Of a DNA stretch of 64,000 nucleotides, positions 18,378 to 28,235 are shown piece by piece. A program made the position numbers and the translations under genes. Location: the NCBI GenBank assembly GCA_030595325.1, contig JAUVDN010000002.1, positions 705 to 64,704 on the forward strand. The letters run 5' to 3'. Source of the stretch: Gammaproteobacteria bacterium. GTDB taxonomy: Bacteria > Pseudomonadota > Gammaproteobacteria > SZUA-229. The notes under the pieces were generated by a model, which saw only the letters and a program-made list of their open reading frames with translations, was not told where the DNA came from and did no database searches. The first letter of the stretch is position 1. Each line of letters opens with the position of its first letter.

Positions 18378-19109
18378 GTTAGAATAATATAATGTCGCAC
18401 CATGTGACGCTTCATTGTTTATGGTTTTGTTCTCACTGCTGAGTAAAAACGCTGCTACTTTAGCTACTTCTTCAGGTGTGGTCAGGTTTTGAGGGTTTTC
18501 GGCCGGAAATGCGCGTGTTCTAAAACTGGTTCTAACACTGCCAGGAATTAAGCCGCATACGTTGATTGATGTATTTTCGACTTCATCAGCGAGTATCTCC
18601 ATGAAAGATTTTAATCCTGCTTTGGATACCCCGTAGGCGCCCCAGTAGGCGGTATTTTTATCATCCAGTGTAAATACGACTGAGCTTTGTGACTCGTGAT
18701 TAAGCAGCGGTAAGCAGGCCTTGGTCAGCATGAACTGAGCATTTAAATTGATCTGCATAACTCGATGCCATAGTTTTGAGTCATATTGTTGAACAGGAGA
18801 GGATGCACCTAACCAGCCTGCATTATTAAATAAACCGTCTAGTTTGCCAAATTCACTATGCAGTGCTTTAGTTAACGTATCACAGTCGTCAGGAGTTATT
18901 TTTTCGAAGTCCAGTGGGTAAATTAGCGGTTCGGAATAACCTGCCTGTACGATTTCATCATATAGTAGCTCCAGTTTAGGCTGTGTTTTACCATGCAGAA
19001 TCACGGTTGCACCGTTTTTCGCACATTCAATGGCAGTGGCTTTGCCGATGCCGTCACTGGCGCCGGTAATAAGTATGGTTTTATCTTTTAGTGTATAGGC
19101 TAATTGCAT
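18357..19109 (-). CDS. SDR-family oxidoreductase (YciK-like)
   Basis: A TGASDGIGKATA Rossmann motif with an N-terminus similar to E. coli YciK. Confidence 0.7.
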   Translation of the reverse strand: MQLAYTLKDKTILITGASDGIGKATAIECAKNGATVILHGKTQPKLELLYDEIVQAGYSEPLIYPLDFEKITPDDCDTLTKALHSEFGKLDGLFNNAGWLGASSPVQQYDSKLWHRVMQINLNAQFMLTKACLPLLNHESQSSVVFTLDDKNTAYWGAYGVSKAGLKSFMEILADEVENTSINVCGLIPGSVRTSFRTRAFPAENPQNLTTPEEVAKVAAFLLSSENKTINNEASHGATLYYSNLVDSIN

Positions 19110-19170
19110 AATCTGTTGATGTGCTTAAAATTGGTCGCTTATTTTACTTCGCTTACCAGCAAACGGCTAT

Positions 19171-21156
19171 ATGCAATATACAAATTTAATTTGGCGAGAC
19201 GGGCAGCCATATAGTGAACAATTTGATGATATTTACTATTCATCGAAGCAGGGTGAGCGTATCTCTGGTGAAAGTGAGTTTAATCACGTCTTTTTCAAAA
19301 ATAATGGATTGCCTGACCGATGGCACGAAGACAGGGATTTTGTTATCGCTGAATTGGGTTTCGGCAGCGCTCTAAACTGTTTGTTAACCATACGTGAGTG
19401 GTTAGCTCATCTGGAGGATATAAATTCTGCTGTGGATGCTGAGGGTAGAACTGGGTGCAGAAAAACACTTCATTATATAGCCATAGAAAAGTATCCTTTT
19501 TCAGCAGAAGATATTGCGCTGTTACATGCTGATCACGCTGAGCTAAAACCTTATTGTGATGAGCTGGTTTCTAATTATCCTTTAGCTATTGAGGCAAGTC
19601 ACAGTCGACGTTTATTTAATGGCCGTGTTGTTATCCATTATAAATTTATGGATGCTTATAATGCTCTGGCTAATGAATCTCTAAACGTGGACGCCTGGTA
19701 TTTGGATGGTTTTTCACCAGCGAATAACCCTGGTTTATGGTCGACTGAATTATTTGATGAATTACCTAAAAACAGCAGATTGAATGCGACATGCAGTACT
19801 TATACTTCAGCAGGTTTTGTGAAGCGGAATTTACAGGGTGCTGGCTTTGAGGTTAAGAAGGTTAAAGGCCATGGAAAAAAGCGCGATATGATTGTGGCTA
19901 CGCTGAAACATAAGTGCGAACATAAATTAACTTATGCTGACAAGCCATGGTTTTTTCAAAAGCTTGCTGATAAAAAGCATCCTAAAAGAGTAACGATTAT
20001 CGGCGGTGGTATAGCAGGTCTGAGTATTGCCTATTCTATGATTCAGCGTGGAATATCGGTTACGATTATCGATAGCAATGGCTCAGAAGTTAAAGAGACA
20101 TCATCAAATTTAGCGGCAATTGTTTATCCGCGCTTATCTTTAGATAATGACACTGACACAGAGTTTTATATGTCAGCTTTCTGTTATGCCACTTTTGTTA
20201 TAAAAAAATTACAGGGTAAAAATAAGAAAAGATTCTGGTTTGATGGCGGCTTGTTACAATCTATCAATAGAAAAAGAATCATTTCTATATTAAATAAGTT
20301 TGAATTCAACTGTAATTACATTTCAATAAATAAAGAACCATTATCTCAGAGCGTTAAGGATGAAGATAAAGTTTTTGTGGAATATAAAACGGCAGGGGTG
20401 GTACTGCCTGAGATGCTATGTGATGCGATAAAGAAAGAATGCGGTGAGTATTTGCAGTTTATAAAAGCTGGTATTACTCAGCTTGAACGTGATGGGGACG
20501 TATGGCGATGTTTAGAAGGCACGAAAGTAATTAATGAAGAAAAAATACTCATTATTGCAAATGGTGCAAAATTAAAATCTCTTGAATGTTCAGCAATGTT
20601 TCCTGTTGAATCTGTTCGTGGACAAATGCTGGAAGTGTCGGCGACACCTGTGTCACAGAAAATATCTAAAGTTATTAATAGCGGTATTTATGTGACACCA
20701 GTCATCAATCAGAAACACGTTATCGGTGGAACTTATTCGCGTGATAACAAGAATGAAAATGTAGAAGAGAGGGACAATTACACGCTGCTTGAATCAGCAA
20801 ACGATGTTTATCCTGGAGCATTTGAAATGGCTGATTACGTTCAGTCGTGGGTAGGGTTTCGTGCCATGGCAAAAGATAGAGTTCCTATAGTAGGTGCAAT
20901 GCCGGATATAGCATCTTTTAATAACGAATATGCTGATATTAATATTGGTGATATTAAAAAAAATTACCAGCCTGCAAAAAATCTAAAGGGTCTGCATGTA
21001 TCCATGGCGCATGGATCACGAGGTTTTACCAGTTGTTTTCTGGCGGCTGAAATAATATCTTCGCAGATAATAGGGGGTCCTTCACCGGTGCGTAAAAGGG
21101 TATTGGATTATTTAAACCCTTCAAGGTTTGTTGTGAATGATCTTAAGCGAAGGTGA
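19171..21156 (+). CDS. mnmC: Bifunctional tRNA mnm5s2U34 synthesis enzyme MnmC (methyltransferase plus FAD oxidoreductase)
   Basis: 661 aa. The MnmD N-terminal domain has DAWYLDGFSP. The C-terminal domain is a FAD oxidoreductase (IIGGGIAGLS). Confidence 0.85.
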   Translation: MQYTNLIWRDGQPYSEQFDDIYYSSKQGERISGESEFNHVFFKNNGLPDRWHEDRDFVIAELGFGSALNCLLTIREWLAHLEDINSAVDAEGRTGCRKTLHYIAIEKYPFSAEDIALLHADHAELKPYCDELVSNYPLAIEASHSRRLFNGRVVIHYKFMDAYNALANESLNVDAWYLDGFSPANNPGLWSTELFDELPKNSRLNATCSTYTSAGFVKRNLQGAGFEVKKVKGHGKKRDMIVATLKHKCEHKLTYADKPWFFQKLADKKHPKRVTIIGGGIAGLSIAYSMIQRGISVTIIDSNGSEVKETSSNLAAIVYPRLSLDNDTDTEFYMSAFCYATFVIKKLQGKNKKRFWFDGGLLQSINRKRIISILNKFEFNCNYISINKEPLSQSVKDEDKVFVEYKTAGVVLPEMLCDAIKKECGEYLQFIKAGITQLERDGDVWRCLEGTKVINEEKILIIANGAKLKSLECSAMFPVESVRGQMLEVSATPVSQKISKVINSGIYVTPVINQKHVIGGTYSRDNKNENVEERDNYTLLESANDVYPGAFEMADYVQSWVGFRAMAKDRVPIVGAMPDIASFNNEYADINIGDIKKNYQPAKNLKGLHVSMAHGSRGFTSCFLAAEIISSQIIGGPSPVRKRVLDYLNPSRFVVNDLKRR

Positions 21157-24100
21157 TTTTTCACCTTCATTTAAAGATAGTGCTTCTTTTATAGGTTTTG
21201 GTTGTTCGATACCATAGCCTTGCGCATAATCAACCTTTAGTTCCCGTAACTTTTTAACGATCTGATCATTTTCCACATATTCGGCAATCGTTTCAATGCC
21301 CATGATGTGGCCAACCTCATTGATGGCTGCGACCATTGCATGGTCTACGTTGTTGTTGACCATGTCAGAGACAAAGCTACCGTCTATCTTTAGGTAATCA
21401 ACGGGTAGACTCTTCAGGTATTGAAAAGATGATAGCCCGCTGCCAAAATCATCTAGCGCAAATTTGAAGCCGTAACTTTTTAGTTTCTTAATAAGAGTTT
21501 TTGCTTTTTGTAAGTTTTTAATCGCGGCAGTTTCAGTCACTTCAAAGCATATGTGCTTTGTGTTTATCTCAAACTCTTCAGCGGTTTCTTTGATGTAATT
21601 AACGATGTTTTTATCATCAATAGTATTGCCTGATAAGTTAATGGAATAGTGTGTTATTTTTTCATCCAAGTCAGAATATTTGTGTATAAATGAAAAAGTT
21701 TTATATATTACATTTCTATCTACAAGGTGCATCAGCTTGTAACGCTCAGCTGCTGGAATAAATGCATTTGGTGGGATGATATTGTTATTCTCATCTAGCA
21801 GGCGAACCAGAATCTCCATATGTTGCTTCATGGGGTCTTTGTCTTTTAGTGGAACGATGGGTTGCGCGTAAAGCTTTAAACGATCATTATCGATTGCTTC
21901 TGAGATACGCGTGGCCCAGTAAGTTTCTTCCTGTCGCCTTATCAGTTCACTATCTTCTTCTTCATAGACATAGATCTGGTTTTCACCATGATCCTTAGCA
22001 GTGTAACAGGCAAGGTCTGCTTTTCTTATTGCGTCGGCAGCATCGGCGGTGTTTTTATCAAGTGGGTTGATGCCGATGCAAACGCCCAGGCTGTAATCAC
22101 AGTCATCCCATCTGAAAACCATATCTGAGATAGTGTTTGTAATCTTATTGGTTATTTTTAAAGTAGCTTCGTGTGAACAATGTTTAAGTATTAAGCCAAA
22201 TTCATCACCACCAAGACGGCTGAGTACATCGTCACCACGGATACACGATTGTATCAATGACGTTATCTGTATCAAACATTGGTCACCAGCGATGTGTCCA
22301 GCGGTATCATTGATCAGTTTAAATCTGTCCAGATCAAGATAACAGAGTACATGATGCTTAGTGTTGTTTATTGCATCATAAACATGATCAGAAAGTTCTA
22401 TATCAAATGCATCTCTATTTAGCAGATTGGTTAAGGGATCATGCGCAGCCTGATGTTTGATGGTGTTTTCAAGTTGACGACGTTGTGTTTCATCATGAAA
22501 TACAATTACTACACCTTCTGCTTTACCGGAAGTATTTAGAATAGGTGAGATAGAGCTCTCGATGTCTTTATCGTTGCCATTCTTGCTTACCAAACTTAGT
22601 ATGCTTTTGTTAATGCTTATGCCGTCATATAAGCAGGACTTAACAACATCGTGAATGGGTTCACCTGTGTCAAGATCTTCAATCCTAAATACTTTTTGTA
22701 CCGCCAGGTTTTTAGCATCATTCAGTGACCATGCCGTCAGTTCTTCAGCAACTTGATTCATGTACTCGATTTTACCGTTAACATTGGTTGTGATGACGGC
22801 GTCACCAATTGAATGCAAGGTAACTTCTGCACGTTCACGTTCAGATTTCATATCGCTGACTAATTGCATGTTGATGATGGCCATCTGTACACTTTGACCA
22901 AACTGTGACATTAACTGTTCGTCGACTTTATCAAACTCATCATGATTTCTGAAAACAGCAATTGCACCGTATGGTTTTTCTTTGAGAGGCACTGGCGTTG
23001 TCAGAACGGATTTGATATTAAATTGCTTCAATAGCTCTTTCTGAGCACGGGGGGTAGTTGTTACATCATTAATTAACAGGTTTTTGTTATTTAATATTGT
23101 CCAGGAGCAGAGGTCACCGTCTTCAACATCAAGTGTTACATTTTCAAGCCTTTCTGACTGTAGCCCACACACTGCATGGAAATGAAAAGTTTGCTTGTCT
23201 TCATGGATGACTGGAAAGGCAGCAAGTTGTGATTTTGTGATTTCTTGTGCCGCCCGGCATATGTTTTTGAAGAATACATCTTCTTCATATCCTTCAGTTA
23301 TTAATCGCGCTATCCAGTTATCGATTAACGCAAGGCCTTGTTGGTAGCGGTTGCTGTCATTGACTTCAATTTGGTATTCAAGTTCGATAAGGGCACGAGA
23401 TGTAGCAATGGTTAAAATGTTTTCGGCAAGATTTGTATCTTCAATCGGCCTGTCACTTGCAATTGCGATCATGCCAATTACATTGTCTTTGTTGTTAATA
23501 AGGCTGACGCCGATATAACTTACTGCATTATTTAATAGCTTTTCTGTGCAATCCGGAAAATAATTTGAAAAGTCACGGTTGTGTACAAGCCTGCCACTTT
23601 TTATAACTTCTTCACAGGGAGTGTCAGCTAACGAATAAGTCATGTTATTGCTGAACATTCCATGATCCAACAGGCCGATTATTTCTGCGCTTGCCCCAGA
23701 AGAGCTGATTTTATTAATGTATGCATATTCGACATCTAATGCGGTACATAAGGTATTGAGCAGAGTGATCAATCGACCTTCGTTGTCGCCACTATTGCTT
23801 TTTTTATCGATACTGACTAATTGGTATAGGGCTTTTTCTGTTTTAGCACGCAGGTTGATTTCATCGTTTAGTTTAGTATTACTTTCAGATAATTCATCCT
23901 GACTTTTTCGCAGAGTTATAAAGATATATAAGATATAAAATATTAAATAGACAGTGCATAGAAACAGTAATATATTAAAAATTTGAGTATTATTGTTTTG
24001 CTTCTTTTTTAGTTCAGAAACATTGTTTTTTAATATAATGATTTGCTTCTCAGTGTTTAATGAGTTAAATCGCTTCAGCGTCTCGTCTATCTCAGGAAGC

Positions 24101-24702
24101 TTCTCGATAATCATCAAGCTGTGGTTGATCAGAGCATTGGTATCTGTATCTGGTTTGTTATTCAATCTGTCGATGAGTGGATAGATCTTATTGGCGATGT
24201 TGTTCTTTGGGTATTCATTATATTCTAAAAGCAGGGTAACAAGTTCTGCTGTAGTTCGAAGCTGTTGCTTGGATTGTGATTTTGGTTTAACAGAATAGAG
24301 TTCTGTGCTCACGTTGAAAATATAAAACAATGAGTTCTGAAGGATGGAATGATGAGTCTTAAAATCTTCAACTAAAATTGACTGGTGAGTAATTGCATTT
24401 TCTATGCTGCTGATTACATCGATACCAATTTCTTCTGCTGCAACGTGGCTCTCATTTAGGTAGGCGACGTTACTGTTTAGGTCGTTAAGTGTTTTGTTGA
24501 GTGTGTCGTATTGCTGAATCTGATTGCTTCTGTAGCGTAATAGATCACGGTGAAGTTGTACCTGTAAATCTTGTATCTCTTCGATCGTTGACAGTGTCTT
24601 GTCAAGAGGCAGGTCACTAAATATGCTCTTATAGAATAGAAAGGTGATAACTGCAAACAGCAGTACTATCCCTACCCAGTAATTTACATTTCCCTTGTTC
24701 AT
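21121..24702 (-). CDS. Membrane-anchored multidomain c-di-GMP signalling protein (periplasmic helical sensor, GAF, PAS, GGDEF, EAL)
   Basis: Two TM segments flank a roughly 230-aa periplasmic region. A GGDEF motif (LGGDEFGLIL) and a C-terminal EAL domain (FEVTETAAIKNL...DDFGSG) are present. Confidence 0.85.
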   Translation of the reverse strand: MNKGNVNYWVGIVLLFAVITFLFYKSIFSDLPLDKTLSTIEEIQDLQVQLHRDLLRYRSNQIQQYDTLNKTLNDLNSNVAYLNESHVAAEEIGIDVISSIENAITHQSILVEDFKTHHSILQNSLFYIFNVSTELYSVKPKSQSKQQLRTTAELVTLLLEYNEYPKNNIANKIYPLIDRLNNKPDTDTNALINHSLMIIEKLPEIDETLKRFNSLNTEKQIIILKNNVSELKKKQNNNTQIFNILLFLCTVYLIFYILYIFITLRKSQDELSESNTKLNDEINLRAKTEKALYQLVSIDKKSNSGDNEGRLITLLNTLCTALDVEYAYINKISSSGASAEIIGLLDHGMFSNNMTYSLADTPCEEVIKSGRLVHNRDFSNYFPDCTEKLLNNAVSYIGVSLINNKDNVIGMIAIASDRPIEDTNLAENILTIATSRALIELEYQIEVNDSNRYQQGLALIDNWIARLITEGYEEDVFFKNICRAAQEITKSQLAAFPVIHEDKQTFHFHAVCGLQSERLENVTLDVEDGDLCSWTILNNKNLLINDVTTTPRAQKELLKQFNIKSVLTTPVPLKEKPYGAIAVFRNHDEFDKVDEQLMSQFGQSVQMAIINMQLVSDMKSERERAEVTLHSIGDAVITTNVNGKIEYMNQVAEELTAWSLNDAKNLAVQKVFRIEDLDTGEPIHDVVKSCLYDGISINKSILSLVSKNGNDKDIESSISPILNTSGKAEGVVIVFHDETQRRQLENTIKHQAAHDPLTNLLNRDAFDIELSDHVYDAINNTKHHVLCYLDLDRFKLINDTAGHIAGDQCLIQITSLIQSCIRGDDVLSRLGGDEFGLILKHCSHEATLKITNKITNTISDMVFRWDDCDYSLGVCIGINPLDKNTADAADAIRKADLACYTAKDHGENQIYVYEEEDSELIRRQEETYWATRISEAIDNDRLKLYAQPIVPLKDKDPMKQHMEILVRLLDENNNIIPPNAFIPAAERYKLMHLVDRNVIYKTFSFIHKYSDLDEKITHYSINLSGNTIDDKNIVNYIKETAEEFEINTKHICFEVTETAAIKNLQKAKTLIKKLKSYGFKFALDDFGSGLSSFQYLKSLPVDYLKIDGSFVSDMVNNNVDHAMVAAINEVGHIMGIETIAEYVENDQIVKKLRELKVDYAQGYGIEQPKPIKEALSLNEGEKSPSLKIIHNKP

Positions 24703-25742
24703 GATTCCGCGTCCAGCGGTATGTTCTTGTATTCACCAGTTAAGGTGTTAAGAAAAGCTTTAATATACAGTACCTCGTCAGTAGACAGTGATCGTCCTAG
24801 CTGAGTTTTTCCCATGATGCTGATGGCTTCTTCGATAGTCTCTGCGCTGCCATCGTGTAGATAGGGTGCAGTCACTGCGATATTTCTTAATGATGGTACC
24901 TTGAATACATAGGCATCCACCAAGCGGTCTGTGATGTTTATTCTTCCGTAGTCTGGTTTTTTAATGTCGCCACGTTCAGCGATATAGTTGTAGAAAACGC
25001 CAAACTTCTGATACAGGTTACCACCGATATTGATTCCCTGATGACAGGAGATACAGCCGAGTTCTTTAAAAATTTTATAACCTTTAATCTCGTCATCATT
25101 TAGTATGTCATCTTCACTTCTGAGGTGCTGGTCAAATTTTGAATTAGGTGTAATAAGTGTTTTTTCGAACTCGACGAGCGAGTTGATGATATTTTCTTTT
25201 GTAACGCCATCTTTATAAATAGCGTTAAAGTCATTTGAGAGTTCCTGATCACTACTGATCGCAGTAACGGCATTATCCCAGTTATTATCAAATTCATGAG
25301 TGCTTGTCATTGCCATGTTGATTTGATCTTGCAGCGTCTTAGCAGCACCATCCCAGTTTTGCCTGAAGTTATATTGTGCATTAAAGATGCTGGGTGTGTT
25401 TATAATATGTTGTTCGCCTGATATTGATATCCCGATAGGCAGATTGTCATCGCCACCGGATGTTAGCTGGTGACAACTGATGCATGCGATTTGGTCGTTC
25501 TTAGACAAACGAGTTTCAATAAACAGCTTTTCGCCTAGTTCAGCTTTACCCTTGTCGACATTGATTTTAAGTGGAATAGGGAAGATTGGTTCTTGGCGTA
25601 AGTAGTTTTCACTCTCTGCGAGCACAGCGGTGCTCATTGTACATAGTAGGGATATTGCTATGTATGATGTGTGTGTGGAAAAATTGAACTGTGGCAGGTG
25701 TTTAATTGATAACATTTCGAGCAAAATCGCTGTAAAATCCAT
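24699..25742 (-). CDS. Di-haem cytochrome c peroxidase (CCP/MauG family)
   Basis: Two CxxCH motifs (CISCHQ twice) and a signal peptide. The gene overlaps the downstream GGDEF-EAL gene by 4 bp. Confidence 0.8.
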   Translation of the reverse strand: MDFTAILLEMLSIKHLPQFNFSTHTSYIAISLLCTMSTAVLAESENYLRQEPIFPIPLKINVDKGKAELGEKLFIETRLSKNDQIACISCHQLTSGGDDNLPIGISISGEQHIINTPSIFNAQYNFRQNWDGAAKTLQDQINMAMTSTHEFDNNWDNAVTAISSDQELSNDFNAIYKDGVTKENIINSLVEFEKTLITPNSKFDQHLRSEDDILNDDEIKGYKIFKELGCISCHQGINIGGNLYQKFGVFYNYIAERGDIKKPDYGRINITDRLVDAYVFKVPSLRNIAVTAPYLHDGSAETIEEAISIMGKTQLGRSLSTDEVLYIKAFLNTLTGEYKNIPLDAES

Positions 25743-25768
25743 GATTGTTAAAGTTATAAAACATCACC

Positions 25769-26554
25769 TTGAATTTTAGTCAATATATGAGAAAAAGCAT
25801 GTCTATTACACTGGTCAAAAGCCTATTTTTGATATTTTTTTTCATTGCTGGAGTGAGTTCAGTATATTCAGCCTGTGATGACACCGCAGCGCCTGAAGTT
25901 AACTGGGCTAACTGTGATTTCACTGGCAAAGACTTTAAAAACAATGACTTAACTGGCGCTGTTTTAACCGGTGCTACTCTGGATGGTGCTGATTTTTCTG
26001 GTGCGATACTGGAAAATGTTGATTTAAACTTTGCCAGCCTGACAAATGCCCGTTTTGATGGCGCTAGAATGGCGAATATCCGCCTGGTTGGCGTTGATGC
26101 GCAGGGTGCAAGTTTCAAAAATGCCGTGATGGTGAATAGCCGGTTGAGTCGATCCAGCTTAAAAAAATCTGATTTCAGCGGTGTGAAAGCTGAAAAATCA
26201 AATTTTTATCAAGCAGACCTCGAGTCAGCGATTTTTGCTGGTGCCTTGCTCAGTAAAGTAAACTTTGAAGGGGCTAATCTTAGTTCGGCTGACTTTTCCC
26301 ACTCGGTATTGAACGAGTCGGTATTGCGAAACTCACGTTTACGTAATACCAATATGAAATATGCGGAATTGAGTAAAGTGATTTTTGACAAGTCAGATTG
26401 CCGTGGTGCAGATTTCACTAAGGCTGATTTGAGTAAAGCCTCTTTCAGAGAGGCCGATATTGATGAAAGCGTCTTTGACGAGGCTGTTTTGAAAGACACT
26501 ATCTGGTCTGACTATAGACGGTGTCGTGCGAATTCTATCGGAACATGTAAATGA
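25769..26554 (+). CDS. Secreted pentapeptide-repeat protein
   Basis: A signal peptide is followed by more than 30 tandem A(D/N)LxG-type pentapeptide repeats. Confidence 0.75.
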   Translation: MNFSQYMRKSMSITLVKSLFLIFFFIAGVSSVYSACDDTAAPEVNWANCDFTGKDFKNNDLTGAVLTGATLDGADFSGAILENVDLNFASLTNARFDGARMANIRLVGVDAQGASFKNAVMVNSRLSRSSLKKSDFSGVKAEKSNFYQADLESAIFAGALLSKVNFEGANLSSADFSHSVLNESVLRNSRLRNTNMKYAELSKVIFDKSDCRGADFTKADLSKASFREADIDESVFDEAVLKDTIWSDYRRCRANSIGTCK

Positions 26555-26602
26555 GCTCATGTATTATTGATGTAACAAGTAAAAATTTTGATGATGCTGT
26601 TT

Positions 26603-26658
26603 TAAGACACACAAATTAAGACACACAAATTAAGACGTACAAATTAAGACGTACAAAT
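26603..26658. repeat. 14-bp tandem repeat x4 (TAAGACACACAAAT / TAAGACGTACAAAT)
   Basis: Direct reading shows two identical copies followed by two copies of a variant with a single substitution. Confidence 0.8.
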
Positions 26659-26819
26659 TAAGAAGTTCACATAAAGATTCGGGGCATGTAGGTCAGGGGA
26701 AAATTCTTCCGGAAGATGAGCTAGGTAGTGATAAGCGTCGGTGCGCGTTGTAGATGCATTAACTTTTAACCAAATTGAAGCAAAATATTTTTAACCAGAA
26801 TTTTAAGCAAGAATAAACT

Positions 26820-27254
26820 ATGTACAGCATACCCGATCACCTTGTAAAACCATTAAAATATGCAGCAATACTTGCAGGAATTGTTGTTGTGATAATTTCC
26901 GTAAATGAAAGCTATAAATACTTATATTATAAGCTGCCGCCAACATTAGTGAATGTCAGTGTAAAGTACTTACCAGCGTCGCCTTGTAGAAAAGATACGC
27001 CGATGTACATGCTGATTATTAATGATAGTTATAGATCTGTCGTTAGCACTTCTTTTATTTTGACGGTAAAGGTTGATGAGGCTAGCGAAAACCTTATCCC
27101 GTTGTTGGCAGGCAATTATTCCTCCGATGTGCTTATTAAGCCCGGAGAGTCTCATGAAGGGTGTTGGTCTTATCCGAAGTTATACAATAATAAACATGCA
27201 CCAGAATCGCTAATTTACAGCGTTAAACGTCAGTCTATAAAGTTTGCTGATTAG
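26820..27254 (+). CDS. Hypothetical membrane-anchored protein
   Basis: An N-terminal TM helix. No recognisable domain. Confidence 0.4.
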   Translation: MYSIPDHLVKPLKYAAILAGIVVVIISVNESYKYLYYKLPPTLVNVSVKYLPASPCRKDTPMYMLIINDSYRSVVSTSFILTVKVDEASENLIPLLAGNYSSDVLIKPGESHEGCWSYPKLYNNKHAPESLIYSVKRQSIKFAD

Positions 27255-27281
27255 CCAGTTTTGCCTTATTAACTAAAGGCG

Positions 27282-27485
27282 TTAATAATGCGGCGGCGGT
27301 GTTTCCTCACTTTCCAGTGCGACAGGAGAAGACTGAGAGGCTTTTATTTTCTTCTCTAATGCAGACACCTGCAGTTGCAATAGATCAATGGCATCATGTT
27401 GTTTGATAATTGTTTTGTCTAGAACTTCGATGGTATCTTCCAGATGTGTTAATCGAATTTCCAGCTCGGTGACGCGAGTTTCCAT
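27282..27485 (-). CDS. slyX: SlyX-family protein
   Basis: Coiled-coil 67-aa protein ending EETPPPHY, the same C-terminus as E. coli SlyX. Confidence 0.8.
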   Translation of the reverse strand: METRVTELEIRLTHLEDTIEVLDKTIIKQHDAIDLLQLQVSALEKKIKASQSSPVALESEETPPPHY

Positions 27486-27501
27486 TATTCTGTACCAGTG
27501 T

Positions 27502-28221
27502 TTATTTAATATGGTTTGTTTTTGTAATTAATTTGGTTGCACCAGCAACGGCAACCGGCATAGCAAAAAAGTTAATGACAGGGATGCTGGTTAACACGAA
27601 TACTGCACTGCCTAAGCCGAGTGAGCACATCCGGTGTTTTCTATTATACGTTTGTACCTCGGAAAAGTAGTCGCCGCGGTTAGCTAGCGGGTAGTCATTA
27701 TATTCCAGCGCAAAGAACCATGCGGCAAATATTATCCATAAAAAGGGTGAGATGATATTGATTACCGGGATAAACGTAATGATGATGAGTGGGATGAACC
27801 ACTTGATGGCATATAGAATCTTCTGTAGTTCTGACTTTGTGGTGCGATAAATCAGTTTAATAAATCCATCTGAATTGATGTCTTCAGGTTTTTTACCGGT
27901 CAACATTGCTTCTATCCTCGATGATAATATGCTGTTGAAAGGCGCTGAAATCAAGTTGGCGACTACGGTAAAACTGTAGAAAACAATCAACAGTGCGGCT
28001 AATGCAAATAATGGCCATATCAACCATTCAAGCCAACCCAGCCAGCTCGGTAATAATTTATCTACCCAGATGCCCAGTTGCTCGCCTAATAACTTAGTTG
28101 CAAAAGAGAACAGGGCAACGTTAATGATAAACGGGATGAGCACGAAGCGTTTAATGCCGGGTTTAAACAATAAACCGAAACCGCTGAAGCCATCGAGAAA
28201 GCCTTTTATAAATGAAAACAT
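27502..28221 (-). CDS. cysZ: Sulfate transporter CysZ
   Basis: PGIKRFVLIPFIINVALF...WLIWPLFALAALLIVFY...APFNSILSSRIEAMLTG parallels E. coli CysZ. Confidence 0.85.
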   Translation of the reverse strand: MFSFIKGFLDGFSGFGLLFKPGIKRFVLIPFIINVALFSFATKLLGEQLGIWVDKLLPSWLGWLEWLIWPLFALAALLIVFYSFTVVANLISAPFNSILSSRIEAMLTGKKPEDINSDGFIKLIYRTTKSELQKILYAIKWFIPLIIITFIPVINIISPFLWIIFAAWFFALEYNDYPLANRGDYFSEVQTYNRKHRMCSLGLGSAVFVLTSIPVINFFAMPVAVAGATKLITKTNHIK

Positions 28222-28235
28222 AATTGAGAATAGTT

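Noticed and set aside
26603-26658. Possibility that the short tandem repeats (here and at 14476, 49698, 63345) are CRISPR arrays
   Set aside because: Units are 13 to 15 bp with no intervening unique spacers and no cas genes. They are simple tandem repeats, not CRISPR.
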